This document shows positions 1 through 9,034 of a DNA stretch of 64,000 nucleotides, piece by piece. The stretch comes from an uncultured virus (IMG/VR IMGVR_UViG_3300035698_023471) (Duplodnaviria > Heunggongvirae > Uroviricota > Caudoviricetes), in the IMG/VR virus record IMGVR_UViG_3300035698_023471. One strand, 5' to 3'. Both the position numbers and the translations under genes were made by a program. Each line of letters begins with the position of its first letter. Position 1 is the first letter of the stretch. The notes beneath the pieces are model-generated. The model was not told the DNA's origin and searched no databases. It saw nothing but the letters and a program-made list of their open reading frames with translations.

Positions 1-875
1 CAGTCGCTTCAGTCCTCGTTGGTGGATCGTAACTACTCAAGGAAGTTGTCACATGCCCTTCGACATTGCTTTCATCAGCGATGTCTCCAGTTGGAAGTTT
101 CCCTTGAATTTCGTTGGTGTCAGTTTCAATTGCGTCTATCGACGCCTGAGTGGCCGTTTGTAAATCAACGACATCCGTCAAGCCCCTTGAGGCATAACCC
201 CAAATGGTAGAAGCTGCTGTATCACTCATGGTTGTCGCATTAACATCTGGCGTTCCAGTGAGGATTGCTCCCTCATCTGGGATGAGAAGATACTCAGAAG
301 TCACATCTGGCTCAACGATCCAATCGTCCGCCATGGTGGCAATTTTTGTACCACCAACATAAGACAAAACTCTTCCAATTTGACCGAAACCAGTTCCAGT
401 ATGGATTGAAACAAAGAAGTTGGCATAAAAATTGTCTACGGCAGATGCTCCCGCAGCTAAAGTAATCGTATTCGATCCCCCAGCCTGAGCGGTACCTGTT
501 TCGTAAGATTTGAGTAAAGCTTCAAGACTTTCAGCAGATGTAGAATCACCAGAAATCTTTACGACATCAGCTGAAACTTCATCTGTTAGACCTCTTGAAG
601 CATAACCCCAAATTTCTGAAGGAGTCGTTCCTCCAGAACTTTGCCCTGCGATGATCTCATCTTTGTCAGCAGTCGCTTCAGTTCGTGTCGGTGGATCGTA
701 TGAAGTCAAAGAAGTTGTGACATGGCCTTCAACATTGCTTTCGTCAGCAATGTCTCCAGTCGGTAACTTCCCTTGAATTTCGTTTGTATCTGTCTCTACG
801 GCGTCTATAGACGCCTGAGTGGCCGTTTGGAGATCAACTGCTGCATTCAAGTCTCTTGTTCCTGCATAGCCCCAA
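1..875 (-). repeat. In-frame internal repeat (about 1-205 vs 670-875), offset 669 nt = 223 codons
   Basis: cagtcgcttcagt...gacgcctgagtggccgtttg occurs starting at 1 and again at 670, with mostly third-position differences. Confidence 0.85.
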
Positions 876-1561
876 ACCTCAGCTGCGCTTGTCCCACCAG
901 AAACTTCATTCGTTACTTCCGTGACCGTCCCTATCGTACTGCTTGAGGCATTAAACCCAGTATCATCAAAGAACAGTTCGGCGTTGTCAGCAGCTGTGAT
1001 ATCTCCTGAAATCTGAGTCACATTCGCGTCTATCGTCGTTCCCAATTCAACATCAGAGCCATCTACTTGAACGATGTTGGCGTCCACTGTGGTCGCCAAT
1101 TCAATATTTTGACCGGTCACTTGCAATTGATTTGAAGAAACATAGCCGACAGAACTTATCTGAGTAGATGAAAAATTGCTTGGAAGAGCTGTGTTTAAAT
1201 CGAAATCGGTAAGTTGAACTTCTAGTAAGACTGGAGCCATGTCGGCGGCTCCATGATACATGAGGACGACTTGATCTACCCCAGTAGCCAAAGCTCCATC
1301 TGGAATGTGAATTTCATACAATCCGGGCATGTTGCTTTGATCGAATTCTTTAAATCCACCAGAAACCCAAGTTCCTAAAGAATCAATGTCAGCCAAGGTG
1401 ATTTGTGTGGAAGTAACATCTCCAGGACGAACGTAATATGCTGAAAGCCCAGCATAGCCGAAGGTGACGCCCAAGAGTCCGCTGCCATCTGTGGCAGAAG
1501 AATCTTGGATGAAAACATGCAAAATCTTAGAAGTCGTATCTTTAGTTACGTGAAGTTTCAT
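1..1561 (-). CDS. Virion structural / tail-fibre-like protein with internal repeat; runs off the left edge of the window (not in ORF track)
   Basis: ATG at 1561 with AGGTGA upstream. Translates MKLHVTKDTTSKILHVFIQDSSATDGSGLLG... and is still in frame at the left edge (...EGHVTTSLSSYDPPTRTEAT). Thr/Ser/Ala/Asp-rich; frame spot-checked at both ends. Confidence 0.75.
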   Translation of the reverse strand, partial: MKLHVTKDTTSKILHVFIQDSSATDGSGLLGVTFGYAGLSAYYVRPGDVTSTQITLADIDSLGTWVSGGFKEFDQSNMPGLYEIHIPDGALATGVDQVVLMYHGAADMAPVLLEVQLTDFDLNTALPSNFSSTQISSVGYVSSNQLQVTGQNIELATTVDANIVQVDGSDVELGTTIDANVTQISGDITAADNAELFFDDTGFNASSSTIGTVTEVTNEVSGGTSAAEVWGYAGTRDLNAAVDLQTATQASIDAVETDTNEIQGKLPTGDIADESNVEGHVTTSLTSYDPPTRTEATADKDEIIAGQSSGGTTPSEIWGYASRGLTDEVSADVVKISGDSTSAESLEALLKSYETGTAQAGGSNTITLAAGASAVDNFYANFFVSIHTGTGFGQIGRVLSYVGGTKIATMADDWIVEPDVTSEYLLIPDEGAILTGTPDVNATTMSDTAASTIWGYASRGLTDVVDLQTATQASIDAIETDTNEIQGKLPTGDIADESNVEGHVTTSLSSYDPPTRTEAT

Positions 1562-1620
1562 TTGGAATTCTCACCTATTTTATTCGATGAAAAATGAAAG
1601 AAAATCTTTATTTTAGTTTG

Positions 1621-2493
1621 TTATGCGTTAATGCCACCTGTAAAATCCTGCATCCCGCCGTGCGTCAACAATGAACTGAATGGATGAACTCCTATAGGAA
1701 ATGGAAGGAAATAAGTTGTGTTTTTGTGATAATCGGGTTGTTTGATTATTTGGTAAGGGTCAAAGTATAATGAATTTATCTCTTCTGCTGACAGTGCTCT
1801 GTCGTAGATTTGGGCATGCCCCATAGATCCGCGATAATCGTAGCTATATGCTGGACCGCCAGTGGAGTCACGGGTTCCCATTGCGAAGTGCTTGGCACTG
1901 TCTGTAGTGTCTGCATTTATAGCGTTAGAATTCTCGGAAGTTTTTAGTAGCCCATCGACATATAACATAACGCCATTTGTCAGAGATCTATCAAAAACGC
2001 CCACTACCGTATGCCAACCTGTACCTTTGTATGTTGTCACAGAGTGTACCGAAACCGTTGCTGAAGCACTCTTGGCTTGGAAATTGAATTGGTTGTCTCT
2101 TACACTCAATCCGTACCCAGCACCACCTGAGAGGTGACCTTTTCCGACAAGAGATCCGAGGTAAACCCCCAGATAACTGTCCAGCTGGTCTAGACTAAAT
2201 GATGCCATTGCGACAACCGATAAACTATTAGTCCCCATGTTGAAGTCGGTTGCTGGATTTGCGGTTAAAATGTAGTCATCATTCCCATCGAAAGCAAGCG
2301 CAGTTCCATCCTGACCAGCAACCCAATCGGTAGCAGGGTCCATGTTGGTCAGAGTGCCGTCGTTCCCCTGCCCGCTGATATCATAAACCTTGTCCCCAGT
2401 TCCTTCATTCATTATCCAACAGCCAACCAATCCTCTGGCAATAGGATTGGAGTAATCAATGATAGAACCTCTGGGTGGTTTGAGTATTGGCAT
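1621..2493 (-). CDS. LamG/concanavalin A-like lectin domain protein (virion surface / receptor-binding candidate), copy 1
   Basis: GLVGCWIMNEGTG...DISGQGNDGTL, FDGNDDYI, WHTVVGVFD, LYVDG and IYDRALSAEEI are typical LamG-like jelly-roll motifs. Confidence 0.85.
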   Translation of the reverse strand: MPILKPPRGSIIDYSNPIARGLVGCWIMNEGTGDKVYDISGQGNDGTLTNMDPATDWVAGQDGTALAFDGNDDYILTANPATDFNMGTNSLSVVAMASFSLDQLDSYLGVYLGSLVGKGHLSGGAGYGLSVRDNQFNFQAKSASATVSVHSVTTYKGTGWHTVVGVFDRSLTNGVMLYVDGLLKTSENSNAINADTTDSAKHFAMGTRDSTGGPAYSYDYRGSMGHAQIYDRALSAEEINSLYFDPYQIIKQPDYHKNTTYFLPFPIGVHPFSSLLTHGGMQDFTGGINA

Positions 2494-2505
2494 GGTGGCA
2501 AAATC

Positions 2506-2838
2506 CTAATTTTCTACTTGAATGTAACAGTGTAAATTGTATGACTTCTCTAAAAAATATTTCACTTCTTCAGATTCAACATCGGCCCAATTGTCAGACA
2601 TCTGCAATTGAACCAAAGTGATCTCGTCGAATTCATCATGAGAATCAAAATTCTTTCTAATCAATTCACCATTTGTTCGCAGTTGACTCACAAGAATGTC
2701 CAGGTTTTCAATGTCACTTCTACTCTCATCAGTTTCATACACAAAAATTTCATTGAAATAATTTTTGATGGCAAGCAATGTCTTGACAGTCCTGCTGATG
2801 TTGACCCTCACCTGCCCGACTGTCAAGGAATCCATCAT
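2506..2838 (-). CDS. Hypothetical protein
   Basis: 110-aa ORF preceded by the AAGAA-N18-GAATA motif. Confidence 0.6.
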   Translation of the reverse strand: MMDSLTVGQVRVNISRTVKTLLAIKNYFNEIFVYETDESRSDIENLDILVSQLRTNGELIRKNFDSHDEFDEITLVQLQMSDNWADVESEEVKYFLEKSYNLHCYIQVEN

Positions 2839-2916
2839 ATATAATGTATTCTTTGAAAAAAGGTTAAATTTCTTTAAATCCCGTAAAATCGTAAACTAAA
2901 AGAGCAGGAGACAATC

Positions 2917-3630
2917 ATGATAGATCAAGTCATTCCGAGAAAAGATGAAACAATAACTGATTACTTCAAAAACAAATCAATTGCACTCATCGGGCCAGCA
3001 CATTCCCTGGAGGGAAAGAAAAAAGGAAATGAGATTGATTCTCACGACATTGTTTGTAGATTAAACCATCATCTAATTCTCCAGCCAGACATGCATGAAG
3101 ATTATGGATCAAGAAATGACGCTCTTTTCTGTGATGGATCAAGAAGGGAAGAATTCTTTTGGGCTTTAGATTTGAGTCAACCAGAAGTAATTTGTTTTTT
3201 GAGAAGGAAAGGGAGAGACAACGATCAGGTTTATCCCAAGATGATTTCGAACTTAAATCAGAAACATCCAAATATCTATTGCTATCATGCTGGAAATCAT
3301 TATTCAGATGGATGGCAAGACATTCTTGGAACAGATGTAAATACTGGTTTGCTGTCAATCATCTTCATGCTTCATTTAGGGGTTAAAAACATTTACATGT
3401 CTGGTTTTGATTTCTATCAAAACCAACAATGGTATAATAAGAGAGTTGTTTCCAGGCCGATGTTAAATGATGTTTATGAAAATGAAAAGAAAAAATATGA
3501 TTTCATAGAAATGCATGGAGGACACAACCAACTATTTCAATTGCAATTTTTGACCAAAATCTTTAAGAAATATGATGAATTAGAAGTTGATGAAACAATT
3601 TCTGATTTGATTGAGAGATTTGGAACTTAA
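2917..3630 (+). CDS. Glycosyltransferase family 29 (sialyltransferase-like), copy 1
   Basis: Sialylmotif-L-like SIALIGPAHSL..G.EIDSHDIVCRLNH..YGSR, sialylmotif-S-like NTGLL...MSGFDFY and a C-terminal His (GHNQ). AGGAG RBS. Confidence 0.8.
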   Translation: MIDQVIPRKDETITDYFKNKSIALIGPAHSLEGKKKGNEIDSHDIVCRLNHHLILQPDMHEDYGSRNDALFCDGSRREEFFWALDLSQPEVICFLRRKGRDNDQVYPKMISNLNQKHPNIYCYHAGNHYSDGWQDILGTDVNTGLLSIIFMLHLGVKNIYMSGFDFYQNQQWYNKRVVSRPMLNDVYENEKKKYDFIEMHGGHNQLFQLQFLTKIFKKYDELEVDETISDLIERFGT

Positions 3631-3637
3631 AATATCA

Positions 3638-5145
3638 ACCTGCCAGACAGGTAAAATAAAGTTTGAAAATTTGTTAACTTTATTTTTATTCTTCTTTCAA
3701 AGAATCTTCATTTCACAACGTGAAACATAGCATCAGACCTGTTGTAAACGCTTTCTTGTGGGAATCCCACCCGCACTTGAACGACCTATGCTTGATTCAA
3801 TCGAAAAATTCTCAATTGGCTCAAAATCCAGTCGTGGAGCTGTGAGCTCAGATATTTGTGGATGACGAATGTGCTTCGTCATCCACGTCCAAGATTGTAC
3901 TGATTTCAAAAATTTTGATTGGCTTCTTCCTTCTAGGTTAACACCAACTGTTTTTGAATTTTTACGTACTTTCTTGGAGTTTAATTCTTTTTTATTAACT
4001 TTCAAACCATATTTTTTCTCTTTGTATTTTGAAATGCTTCTTTTTTGTTTCTTGCTAGATTTCCTCTTTCTAGTTGTTTTCTTCTCATATTCCTTCTTTG
4101 TTGCGGAGAATGTTTGTCTTTCCTTGATGTTCATTCCTCTTCTTGCAATCACAAGAGCTGCTGCGGTGTGTCTGTTCAAACTGTACATGTCCTGATATTT
4201 TAGAACTCCAAGGATGCTTGTGTATCCAGGATTGACCAACTTCGTTGGCAATCCGAATTTTACCGATCTATCTATAATTGAAGTTACTAATTGCGAATAA
4301 ATGAAATTATGTTTCATCCTATTTGATTTTTTATATGTTTGAATTCCATCTTTTGTTTTGAACTTCAGTTTCTCCAAAACAATCATCTTTTGTTTTTCTA
4401 GAGCATAATCAACTACTATTTTTGCAATTTCACAAACATCATGTTTTCTTTTATTATGTTTTGCAAATTGAATTCTTTCAGAACTTTCATAAAAATGATG
4501 TAGTAAATTTCCTTTTTCATCCACTTCAACAACAGCTAGACCATCTGGATTTGTATCAATTCCAATGGCTCCTGCTTTCACTGGAATTTTTGTAATTTCT
4601 TCCACTTCCCAACCTATTTTAACTTCATACCTGTTGTCTTTTCTAATAATTCTAACATCATAGCATTCTAGTTTTGGATTAGAGAACTTTTTTGGAAGAA
4701 AAATGTCTGCTTCCAGCCATTTTCTATATTTAGATGGATCGTTAATAAGAATTTTATTGTTATCTAAATCAATTCTTATATTTCTATTGCCATTTTCATT
4801 TCTATCGCCAGTGGAATAGAGTTGATTATTTCTTAATCTTTGCCATTCTTCTTTTAATAAAGAACCAGTTTGAAGTTTTTCCCAATTTCTTTTACCGCCA
4901 AAAATAGCATGTTCTTGATTGATTTGCTTTGCTAAAACACAGGCATCTCTGATGTATGATTGATTGAGATGTTTCATATATCTATTTTTAACATGAATTC
5001 TAACAGAATTGTTTTTTAATCCATGCTTGTGAATCGCCTGATATGCACTTCTAGTGGCAGAACATTGAAGAAGCATCAGTTCATCAATATTTTGACAAAC
5101 TGATGCTTCTTTGAAATAAATTATTCCATGTGCTACTGTTCTCAT
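3638..5145 (-). mobile_element. Non-autonomous IS200/IS605/IS607-type element carrying only tnpB; element ends approximate
   Basis: tnpB ORF followed by an AT-rich tail ending in a short hairpin acctg-tctgg-caggt (3638-3652). No tnpA adjacent. Confidence 0.5.
3733..5145 (-). CDS. tnpB: TnpB-related RNA-guided nuclease family protein (IS200/IS605 accessory TnpB-related)
   Basis: RuvC-I GAIGIDTN, RuvC-II IVLEKL, VNPGYTS, RuvC-III-region NRHTAAALVIARRG and a long basic C-terminal tail. Confidence 0.8.
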   Translation of the reverse strand: MRTVAHGIIYFKEASVCQNIDELMLLQCSATRSAYQAIHKHGLKNNSVRIHVKNRYMKHLNQSYIRDACVLAKQINQEHAIFGGKRNWEKLQTGSLLKEEWQRLRNNQLYSTGDRNENGNRNIRIDLDNNKILINDPSKYRKWLEADIFLPKKFSNPKLECYDVRIIRKDNRYEVKIGWEVEEITKIPVKAGAIGIDTNPDGLAVVEVDEKGNLLHHFYESSERIQFAKHNKRKHDVCEIAKIVVDYALEKQKMIVLEKLKFKTKDGIQTYKKSNRMKHNFIYSQLVTSIIDRSVKFGLPTKLVNPGYTSILGVLKYQDMYSLNRHTAAALVIARRGMNIKERQTFSATKKEYEKKTTRKRKSSKKQKRSISKYKEKKYGLKVNKKELNSKKVRKNSKTVGVNLEGRSQSKFLKSVQSWTWMTKHIRHPQISELTAPRLDFEPIENFSIESSIGRSSAGGIPTRKRLQQV

Positions 5146-5169
5146 AAATTTAATTTACACAATCGTGGA

Positions 5170-5562
5170 TTAAGTGATGTCAACGGTCCATCCACGCCAA
5201 AAGGCTTTTACACTGTGTGTGTCGGTTGATCCAGATTGGACAAACCCACAACGCAGATAAGAAAATCCTTCAAGTGCAAATGAAATTTGTGATGGATCGG
5301 TCGCATTGTCAATTGTTAGCGAATTAACAGGAACATCGTCCCAATTAGTATCATCTTGACTGGAATATATCTTCACAACGACATCATCTGTAGGTCCACT
5401 ATCGAAATCAACTTCGACTGTCAAGTGAACTCCAACATACCCGTTGGTCACCAAGTCAATGGATGAGGAAAACTCTTCCGTCACTGACGCTAGTGCTGTA
5501 AATGAAGTAGCTGTCCCTTCAAGATAGGCAGATGCTGACCATGTTTTTTTTGCTGTAGCCAT
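5170..5562 (-). CDS. Small beta-rich virion structural protein (hypothetical)
   Basis: 130 aa, Ser/Thr/Asp-rich, AGGAG RBS; a C-terminal remnant paralog lies at 8181-8219. Confidence 0.7.
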   Translation of the reverse strand: MATAKKTWSASAYLEGTATSFTALASVTEEFSSSIDLVTNGYVGVHLTVEVDFDSGPTDDVVVKIYSSQDDTNWDDVPVNSLTIDNATDPSQISFALEGFSYLRCGFVQSGSTDTHSVKAFWRGWTVDIT

Positions 5563-5585
5563 TTTGTTTTATCTCCTTTTATTCT

Positions 5586-5924
5586 TTAACTTCTCGCTAA
5601 TGTTGTTCCATAAAATTTGTAATTCTTTGTCAATTGCGCTTCTGCTTGAGCCGCAATGACATGCCATCTAGCTCTTACCTTCGTTGCTGTGGCCGCTGGA
5701 CTAATGGAAATATTCAGATCAACACTTTCGACAAATTCGTAAGTTGTTCCTGCTATCATGGCATCTAATTCACCTGCACCCAGATCTGCATCAGCAACAA
5801 CACTCGTTCTGCTGGCATCAATAGGATAATTTGGAACACCATCGCTAGGCACATGATAAACAATTCTTACTGAGCCAGAACCGTTGGATTTGAAATTTCC
5901 GTCAAGAACATGTATATCGCTCAT
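5586..5924 (-). CDS. Hypothetical protein (likely structural)
   Basis: 112-aa ORF with AAGGAG RBS, co-oriented in the operon. Confidence 0.7.
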   Translation of the reverse strand: MSDIHVLDGNFKSNGSGSVRIVYHVPSDGVPNYPIDASRTSVVADADLGAGELDAMIAGTTYEFVESVDLNISISPAATATKVRARWHVIAAQAEAQLTKNYKFYGTTLARS

Positions 5925-5950
5925 CTACTATCTCCTTTGTTCGATTTACT

Positions 5951-6649
5951 CTATTTTGAAATTATAGTTTTTAAAAACCAGTCTATTTCAATTAGATTTT
6001 TCTTCTTTCTATATAGTTCTACGAAAAACTTAATATGTCCTTCTTGATTGTGCTCTAAATATTTCTTAATCATTCCATCTTTTTCAAGATCTTCTTCATA
6101 GTTATTATTTACAATGGATCTTTTAACTGCCTTGTCATAATAAGATTGTTTATTCTGGTAAAAGTCAAACCCTCCAATAAACAATTTCTTAATTGGAAGT
6201 AGTGTCAAAAAAGCCATTGCAAGCAAGCCGGTGTTGGGTGAAGTTTTTATTTGACGCTCAATAGAATTGCCAAAATCATTGTCAGCATGATAGCAATAAA
6301 TACTTGGGTATTTCTTTTTTAACCTTTGTAAAATTTCTGGATATCCATTCCCCCTATCTGCTCTTGGAAAAATAATAACTTTTGGTTGAATTCGATCTAA
6401 AATTTCTGGATGACAGTATTCTAAATTTGGATCAGAAAACATGACATCATTTTTTGAGCCATAATCTTTTATCATCATATCGGTGGAGTCAACAAGATGG
6501 TGGTTCAATCGGCATGTGATGTCATATTCGCCAATTTTAGACCCCAAATTTGATTCTTGAAGTGTGGCGGCAGGGCCAATGAGAGCAACAGATTTATTTT
6601 GAAAAAAGTCTTCAATAAAAGGGTCGCACTCAAAGTTGTTCGTTGTCAT
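5951..6649 (-). CDS. Glycosyltransferase family 29 (sialyltransferase-like), copy 2
   Basis: SVALIGPAATL..G..I.EYDITCRLNH..YGSK, PNTGLL...GGFDFY and HNQ. Start reassigned from the TTG at 6718 to the ATG at 6649 (MTTNNF), overlapping the end of the upstream gene. Confidence 0.8.
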   Translation of the reverse strand: MTTNNFECDPFIEDFFQNKSVALIGPAATLQESNLGSKIGEYDITCRLNHHLVDSTDMMIKDYGSKNDVMFSDPNLEYCHPEILDRIQPKVIIFPRADRGNGYPEILQRLKKKYPSIYCYHADNDFGNSIERQIKTSPNTGLLAMAFLTLLPIKKLFIGGFDFYQNKQSYYDKAVKRSIVNNNYEEDLEKDGMIKKYLEHNQEGHIKFFVELYRKKKNLIEIDWFLKTIISK

Positions 6650-7313
6650 TAGATCGGCCACGCCAGACCATCCTCGCAAACTCAAGTTCTTCTGGAGTGT
6701 CAATGTCAATTGTTTCAATAAGAGATACTTCTACAAAGCCGCAGCTATTTGGGTCTGTTCTAAATTTATGCTTTTGTGCTATTTCTGTTTTAATAACATA
6801 AAGACCTTGAGTTTCATATTCAACGGGCTTCACAAGTCGGCTGTTTGGAACACTGCCGTCAGGAAGGAGGTGAGTTGGTTTTCCATCCTTCCAAACATAC
6901 AAGACTTGCTTGTAGGTTGAAATTGCACTATTAAATCCATCATTTTGAATCAATTGAATTGCACGATCAACTGTTTCTGATTTGAGAAACGGGGAAGTAC
7001 ACATGAGTTGAACGATGATGGATGAATTGGATCTTTGACTTGCGGCCCAAGATATTAGGGAATTTCCTTCGGTTTTGTTGTTTGCCAAATGTGCTGGACG
7101 CTTTAAAGGTGTTGCCCCGTAATATTCTCCTTCTTTTAAAATCTCATCATCTTCACTGTCAATGACAACTTCATCCACTAGATTAGCATTTAATGCAGTG
7201 CGGATGGCATGGGCGAAAAGAGGTCTGTCGCCAATTGTTTGTTTGTTTTTTGAAGGAATTCTCTCACTAGTTCCTTTGGCTTGAACGAATGCTACGACTT
7301 CTTCTCCACTCAT
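6630..7313 (-). CDS. neuA: CMP-N-acetylneuraminate/nonulosonate synthetase-like cytidylyltransferase, copy 1
   Basis: AKGTSERIPSKN, VIDSED, LKRPAHLA, TSPF and IDIDTPEEL motifs of the NeuA/KdsB family. Confidence 0.8.
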   Translation of the reverse strand: MSGEEVVAFVQAKGTSERIPSKNKQTIGDRPLFAHAIRTALNANLVDEVVIDSEDDEILKEGEYYGATPLKRPAHLANNKTEGNSLISWAASQRSNSSIIVQLMCTSPFLKSETVDRAIQLIQNDGFNSAISTYKQVLYVWKDGKPTHLLPDGSVPNSRLVKPVEYETQGLYVIKTEIAQKHKFRTDPNSCGFVEVSLIETIDIDTPEELEFARMVWRGRSNDNEQL

Positions 7314-7389
7314 TTTACTCTCCTCCTTGTCAATTCATATTATACGTAAAAGAAAGGATTACGCCTTTAATAAATGCCGACAAGGAGAT

Positions 7390-8163
7390 TTACAATTTTA
7401 CCAAACTTCTGAAAAATGCTCTTGGAACAACTGACACAGCCTCCTCTGCCGATGCCGCCACCTCATTGAGGAAATACATTTCATCGTAAGAGGGTTGTTT
7501 GATTATTTGGTAAGGGTCAAAGTATAATGAATTCTCGTTACTCTCCCTCACGTAGTGATCATATATATAAGCATAACCTATAGTGCCGGTCACGTTCGCC
7601 CGAGATGCTGAGTAGTTACGGTCACCTAACCATAGCGGTAGAGTGGAGGCACCAGATGAAGTGTAACTAAAGAAGCCTCTTAAAACGCCATCAACACAGA
7701 GGGCTGCAATAGTTCCAGAACATTTCAAACATAATTGATGCCACTCACCTACACTAAATCCATGAGTGATTGTGGTATTATCAAATGAGTCGCCAGCGCC
7801 GTAGGAGAACTTGTCTACATAAATGCCCAAGTAACACCTATTGCTGCCGTCATGTGATCCAATTAGTTGATTATCACCGGTGGAGGAATACTTGATGTTA
7901 TACAACAGCGTGAATGGATCTCGTAGGTCTGGATAGTAGGGCGTGATGGCGTGGTCATTACTCGTCCAGCCACCAAAATACAAACCCTCTGGTCGCCAAT
8001 CCACCTCCTCCATATCTGTTAAGGTACCATCATAATGATTGCCACTTAAATCATAAACCTTACTGCCAGTACCTTCATTCATTATCCAACAACCAACCAA
8101 TCCTCTGGATATAGGATTGCTATAATCAATTATGGAACCTCTGGGTGGTTTGAGTATTGGCAT
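7390..8163 (-). CDS. LamG/concanavalin A-like lectin domain protein, copy 2
   Basis: N-terminus and the NSLYFDPYQIIKQP segment are nearly identical to 1621..2493; the LamG core is divergent (GEWHQL, VDGV). Confidence 0.85.
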   Translation of the reverse strand: MPILKPPRGSIIDYSNPISRGLVGCWIMNEGTGSKVYDLSGNHYDGTLTDMEEVDWRPEGLYFGGWTSNDHAITPYYPDLRDPFTLLYNIKYSSTGDNQLIGSHDGSNRCYLGIYVDKFSYGAGDSFDNTTITHGFSVGEWHQLCLKCSGTIAALCVDGVLRGFFSYTSSGASTLPLWLGDRNYSASRANVTGTIGYAYIYDHYVRESNENSLYFDPYQIIKQPSYDEMYFLNEVAASAEEAVSVVPRAFFRSLVKL

Positions 8164-8180
8164 GATAGTATCTTATAAGG

Positions 8181-8219
8181 TTATGCTATATTGACTGTCC
8201 AGCCGCGCCAGAACGCTTT
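8181..8219 (-). pseudogene. C-terminal remnant of a paralog of 5170..5562
   Basis: Translates KAFWRGWTVNIA*, versus KAFWRGWTVDIT* at the end of 5170..5562. It directly follows an orphan AGGAG RBS. Confidence 0.8.
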
Positions 8220-8347
8220 GAATTCTCCTAATAATAATGAATTCAACAAAAACATTGAGAATTACTTCAAACACTGTTGGTTGTTTCTAATATTTAAACA
8301 GAGGGGGGGATGTACGCAGCGGCCTACAGATTTATCTTGAAAGGAAC

Positions 8348-9034
8348 CTATTCAAAAAAACTTTGACAAATATTCTTTCCAAACCAAACCATTCTTGCAA
8401 ACTCAAGTTCTTCTTCGGTGTCAATGTCAATTGTTTCAATCAAAGAGACATCCACGAATCCACAACTATTTGGGTCTGTTCTCCATCCATTATCTTTGAC
8501 AGATTTTGTCTTGACAACGTAAAGACCTTGAGTTTCATATTGATGAGGTTCAACTAAACGGCTGTTTGGAACACTTCCATCCGGAAGCAAATGAGTCGGT
8601 TTTCCATCTTTCCATACGTACAAAACTTGTTTGTAAGTGGAAACTGAACTGTCAAATCCTTCATTTTGAATCAATGAAATTGCACGATCAATTGTTTCTG
8701 ACTTCAGGAAAGGCGAAGTACACATCAATTGACAATAGATTGAAGAATCAGGTCTTTGACTAACTGCCCATCTAGCCAAGGCGTTCCCTTCAGTCTTGTT
8801 GTTCGCCAATTCGACAGGTCTCTTCAAAGGAGTCGCACCATAATCCTCCCCTTGTTCCAAGATGAAGTCATCATCACTATCGATGATGACTTCATCGACC
8901 AATTTGGCATTCAAGGCAGTTCTGATGGCACGACCAAACAAAGGACGATCTCCGAGGATTTGTTTGTTCTTGCTTTCAATCCTATCACTACTTCCTTTCG
9001 CATGAATGAAAACTACGACATCATTCTTCTTCAT
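8348..9034 (-). CDS. neuA: CMP-N-acetylneuraminate/nonulosonate synthetase-like cytidylyltransferase, copy 2
   Basis: AKGSSDRIESKN, TSPF and IDIDTEEEL; shares long identical stretches with 6630..7313 (e.g. STYKQVLYVWKDGKPTHLLPDGSVPNSRLV). Confidence 0.8.
   Translation of the reverse strand: MKKNDVVVFIHAKGSSDRIESKNKQILGDRPLFGRAIRTALNAKLVDEVIIDSDDDFILEQGEDYGATPLKRPVELANNKTEGNALARWAVSQRPDSSIYCQLMCTSPFLKSETIDRAISLIQNEGFDSSVSTYKQVLYVWKDGKPTHLLPDGSVPNSRLVEPHQYETQGLYVVKTKSVKDNGWRTDPNSCGFVDVSLIETIDIDTEEELEFARMVWFGKNICQSFFE

Noticed and set aside
6650..6718. N-terminal extension of GT29 copy 2 in the ORF track
   Set aside because: It lies inside the NeuA gene in another frame; the ATG at 6649 matches the length of the paralog.
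1621..8163. Diversity-generating retroelement acting on the duplicated lectin genes
   Set aside because: No reverse transcriptase in the window, both copies are full ORFs, and the differences are not adenine-specific.
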